49,280 bases of DNA. Source: a virus. The DNA lies in UHGV virus genome UHGV-0151084, one strand, 5' to 3'. Below the pieces are notes generated by a model, which searched no databases, was not told the DNA's origin, and saw only the letters and a list, made by a program, of their open reading frames with translations. Below are positions 47,744 to 49,280 of the stretch, piece by piece. The translations under genes were made by a program, and so were the position numbers. Position 1 is the stretch's first letter. Each line of letters starts with the position of its first letter.

Positions 47744-48277
47744 TCATTCTGGTTGTTCGGGAAACGTTACTGGCAGGCTGGAGGTGTCTGTGGATTCGAC
47801 TTTCTGCGCGTAGAGCATCCACTCGGTTAATTTTTGTTTATTCTCGTCGGAAATGATGCCCAGCCGTAGCTGTGAGTCCCATAGCTGGGTTTTATCCCTG
47901 ACAAGTTGCAACAGGCTTTGCTTTTCATTCTCTGCCTGCTGCCTCTGTTCCTCCTCGGTATAAGTTCGCTTTATCACTACGCCATCTTTGAACATCCATT
48001 TACCCGAAATATCAGCCCGGCGATTTGCTGTAATATCAGGTAATTCAACGACGCTTGCGCCTTCTGGATTAATTGCTGAAACATCCTTTTCAATACAAAT
48101 AATAACGCCGTTGTGGTCATAGACCATTTTCAACGTATCAGGCTGAAAGTTCTTTTGTTCCTCATACCAGTTTTCCCCATCCTCTGTATAAAGCCATTTG
48201 ATGTTAAATTGTTTCGTTAGCTGGTATTGCTCTTTTGTTTTAGGGTTGCCAGCAGTAATATTTTTTAAGTGCATCAT
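47744..48277 (-). CDS. Tail fibre assembly protein (Tfa, U-like)
   Basis: 177 aa paralog of 47188..47715. Confidence 0.8.
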   Translation of the reverse strand: MMHLKNITAGNPKTKEQYQLTKQFNIKWLYTEDGENWYEEQKNFQPDTLKMVYDHNGVIICIEKDVSAINPEGASVVELPDITANRRADISGKWMFKDGVVIKRTYTEEEQRQQAENEKQSLLQLVRDKTQLWDSQLRLGIISDENKQKLTEWMLYAQKVESTDTSSLPVTFPEQPE

Positions 48278-48279
48278 AA

Positions 48280-49280
48280 TTAAATACTCCCCGCGTTATA
48301 CCACGTTCCATTAATGCAATACTGAATTGGCCTTGCCTGAGTTGTATCAATTAATTCATCACGGTTTCCGTTAACTGACCCCGTAACGACATAACCTGAC
48401 CTGTCAGACCAGCCGGGACCATTCCATGTCTGAACAGATGACAGACCGCCAAGACGAATACCTGTAATAAACCTTGAGTTACATTCTGCCTGCGTATATG
48501 CACCAACATCTCCCGCTGATGGCTTACGTGTTGTGGTGTAAATTTCTGACCAGTCAGCTTCGAATCCGTAACCATCACGCGCTGAACGATAAAAAATACC
48601 GCCGTTCCTGTAATTCACACGGAACTGTACGGCAGGGCAACTCCCCGTATTCATATTGAAGTGGAGGATTAATGTCGATGCGCCACCAATATTTGCGTTA
48701 TAGACCCCGCTATTCCAGTTCCAGCCAACAGCTTTATCATTTCCGACAGTGCTTCCTGTTTGCCCTAAAGCAAATGCAGGCTGCTGGTTTTTCGTGTTGT
48801 AGTCTCGTCGCCAGCCAGGAGCATAAGCATCACCATGATTAATATAAGTGAATTGAGCGTTAGTGATTCCGCCACCGCTGGAAGTGCTCGGGGTGGTTAC
48901 ACGGATGGTCATGGCTCCTTTATTACCCATAACCTCAATAACGCAACCTGCAAGATGAATAGTTCCACAGCCAGTATCGGTAATAATTTTATTATTGCCG
49001 TATGACCATGAACATTTGCACATCCAGTATGGGTGATTGAATGCCCCTTGAGAATCAAGCCATTCAATCAATTGTGCCGTTGTCCAGTTCCCTGCCCCTG
49101 TACTAATAGCACTGTGAAAAGCACGACATGCACCAATATTTTTTGTGAAGGTATCTTTTCCAGGAATATCTGCGCCGTTCTGGTTTTTCTGTAATGCGCC
49201 AGAAGCCTTGTTTATCGTTTCCTGCAAACCGAGGTTTTTGCGAATTGCCTCTGTGTCGTCTGAACGATATTTTTTCCCGC
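48280..49280 (-). CDS. Tail fibre variable C-terminal cassette (Sv-like); frame continues through site C beyond the window end
   Basis: Track start at 49227 is a TTG artefact; frame stays open upstream (…KKYRSDDTEAIRKNLGLQET…). Confidence 0.75.
   Translation of the reverse strand, partial: GKKYRSDDTEAIRKNLGLQETINKASGALQKNQNGADIPGKDTFTKNIGACRAFHSAISTGAGNWTTAQLIEWLDSQGAFNHPYWMCKCSWSYGNNKIITDTGCGTIHLAGCVIEVMGNKGAMTIRVTTPSTSSGGGITNAQFTYINHGDAYAPGWRRDYNTKNQQPAFALGQTGSTVGNDKAVGWNWNSGVYNANIGGASTLILHFNMNTGSCPAVQFRVNYRNGGIFYRSARDGYGFEADWSEIYTTTRKPSAGDVGAYTQAECNSRFITGIRLGGLSSVQTWNGPGWSDRSGYVVTGSVNGNRDELIDTTQARPIQYCINGTWYNAGSI
49206..49280. repeat. Right arm of inverted repeat (truncated by window end)
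   Basis: Reverse complement matches 46120-46194. Confidence 0.8.
49219..49244. other. gix-like recombination site C (TTCCTGCAAACCGAGGTTTTTGCGAA)
   Basis: Same orientation as site A, inverted relative to site B. Confidence 0.6.

Overview
The window reads as an almost complete temperate phage genome of about 49 kb that is built to persist as a plasmid (phage-plasmid) rather than integrate; no integrase or att site is visible. Calls rest on reading the translated ORFs and the DNA by eye; no database search or folding was run. Most genes are on the minus strand. From the left: a contractile-tail module (tail fibre constant region, P2/Mu-like baseplate I/J/W/V/D/X, tape measure, E/E' chaperone with a TTTTTTG -1 frameshift site, tube, sheath), a lambda-like head and packaging module (E-like capsid, D-like decoration, S49/ClpP-type protease, portal, gpA/Nu1-like terminase), a cluster of ParB-like nuclease-domain proteins with a ParB-methyltransferase fusion, a second (MT-A70) methyltransferase, a tRNA with CAU anticodon, a lysis cassette (holin, GH108-type endolysin, overlapping spanins) and an early region with a Q-like antiterminator. 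A divergent Cro-like / CI-like (HTH plus S24 peptidase) immunity switch with ACCAC-N5-GTGGT operators sits at 34.5-35.9 kb. The plus-strand block that follows carries ParA/ParG-like partition genes with AT-rich iterons, candidate small RNAs and an antirepressor. Further right are a HigB/HigA-like toxin-antitoxin pair, an IncFII-type RepA with a CopA-like antisense RNA and a DnaA box, and a Gin/Cin-family invertase next to a tail-fibre cassette region bounded by gix-like sites. The window start and end both fall inside this recombination system. Most worth follow-up: a 105-120 bp promoter/leader module present three times, one copy directly after the Q-like gene; a dispersed AT-rich palindrome at eight or more intergenic sites; and the ParB-like/methyltransferase cluster beside the terminase.
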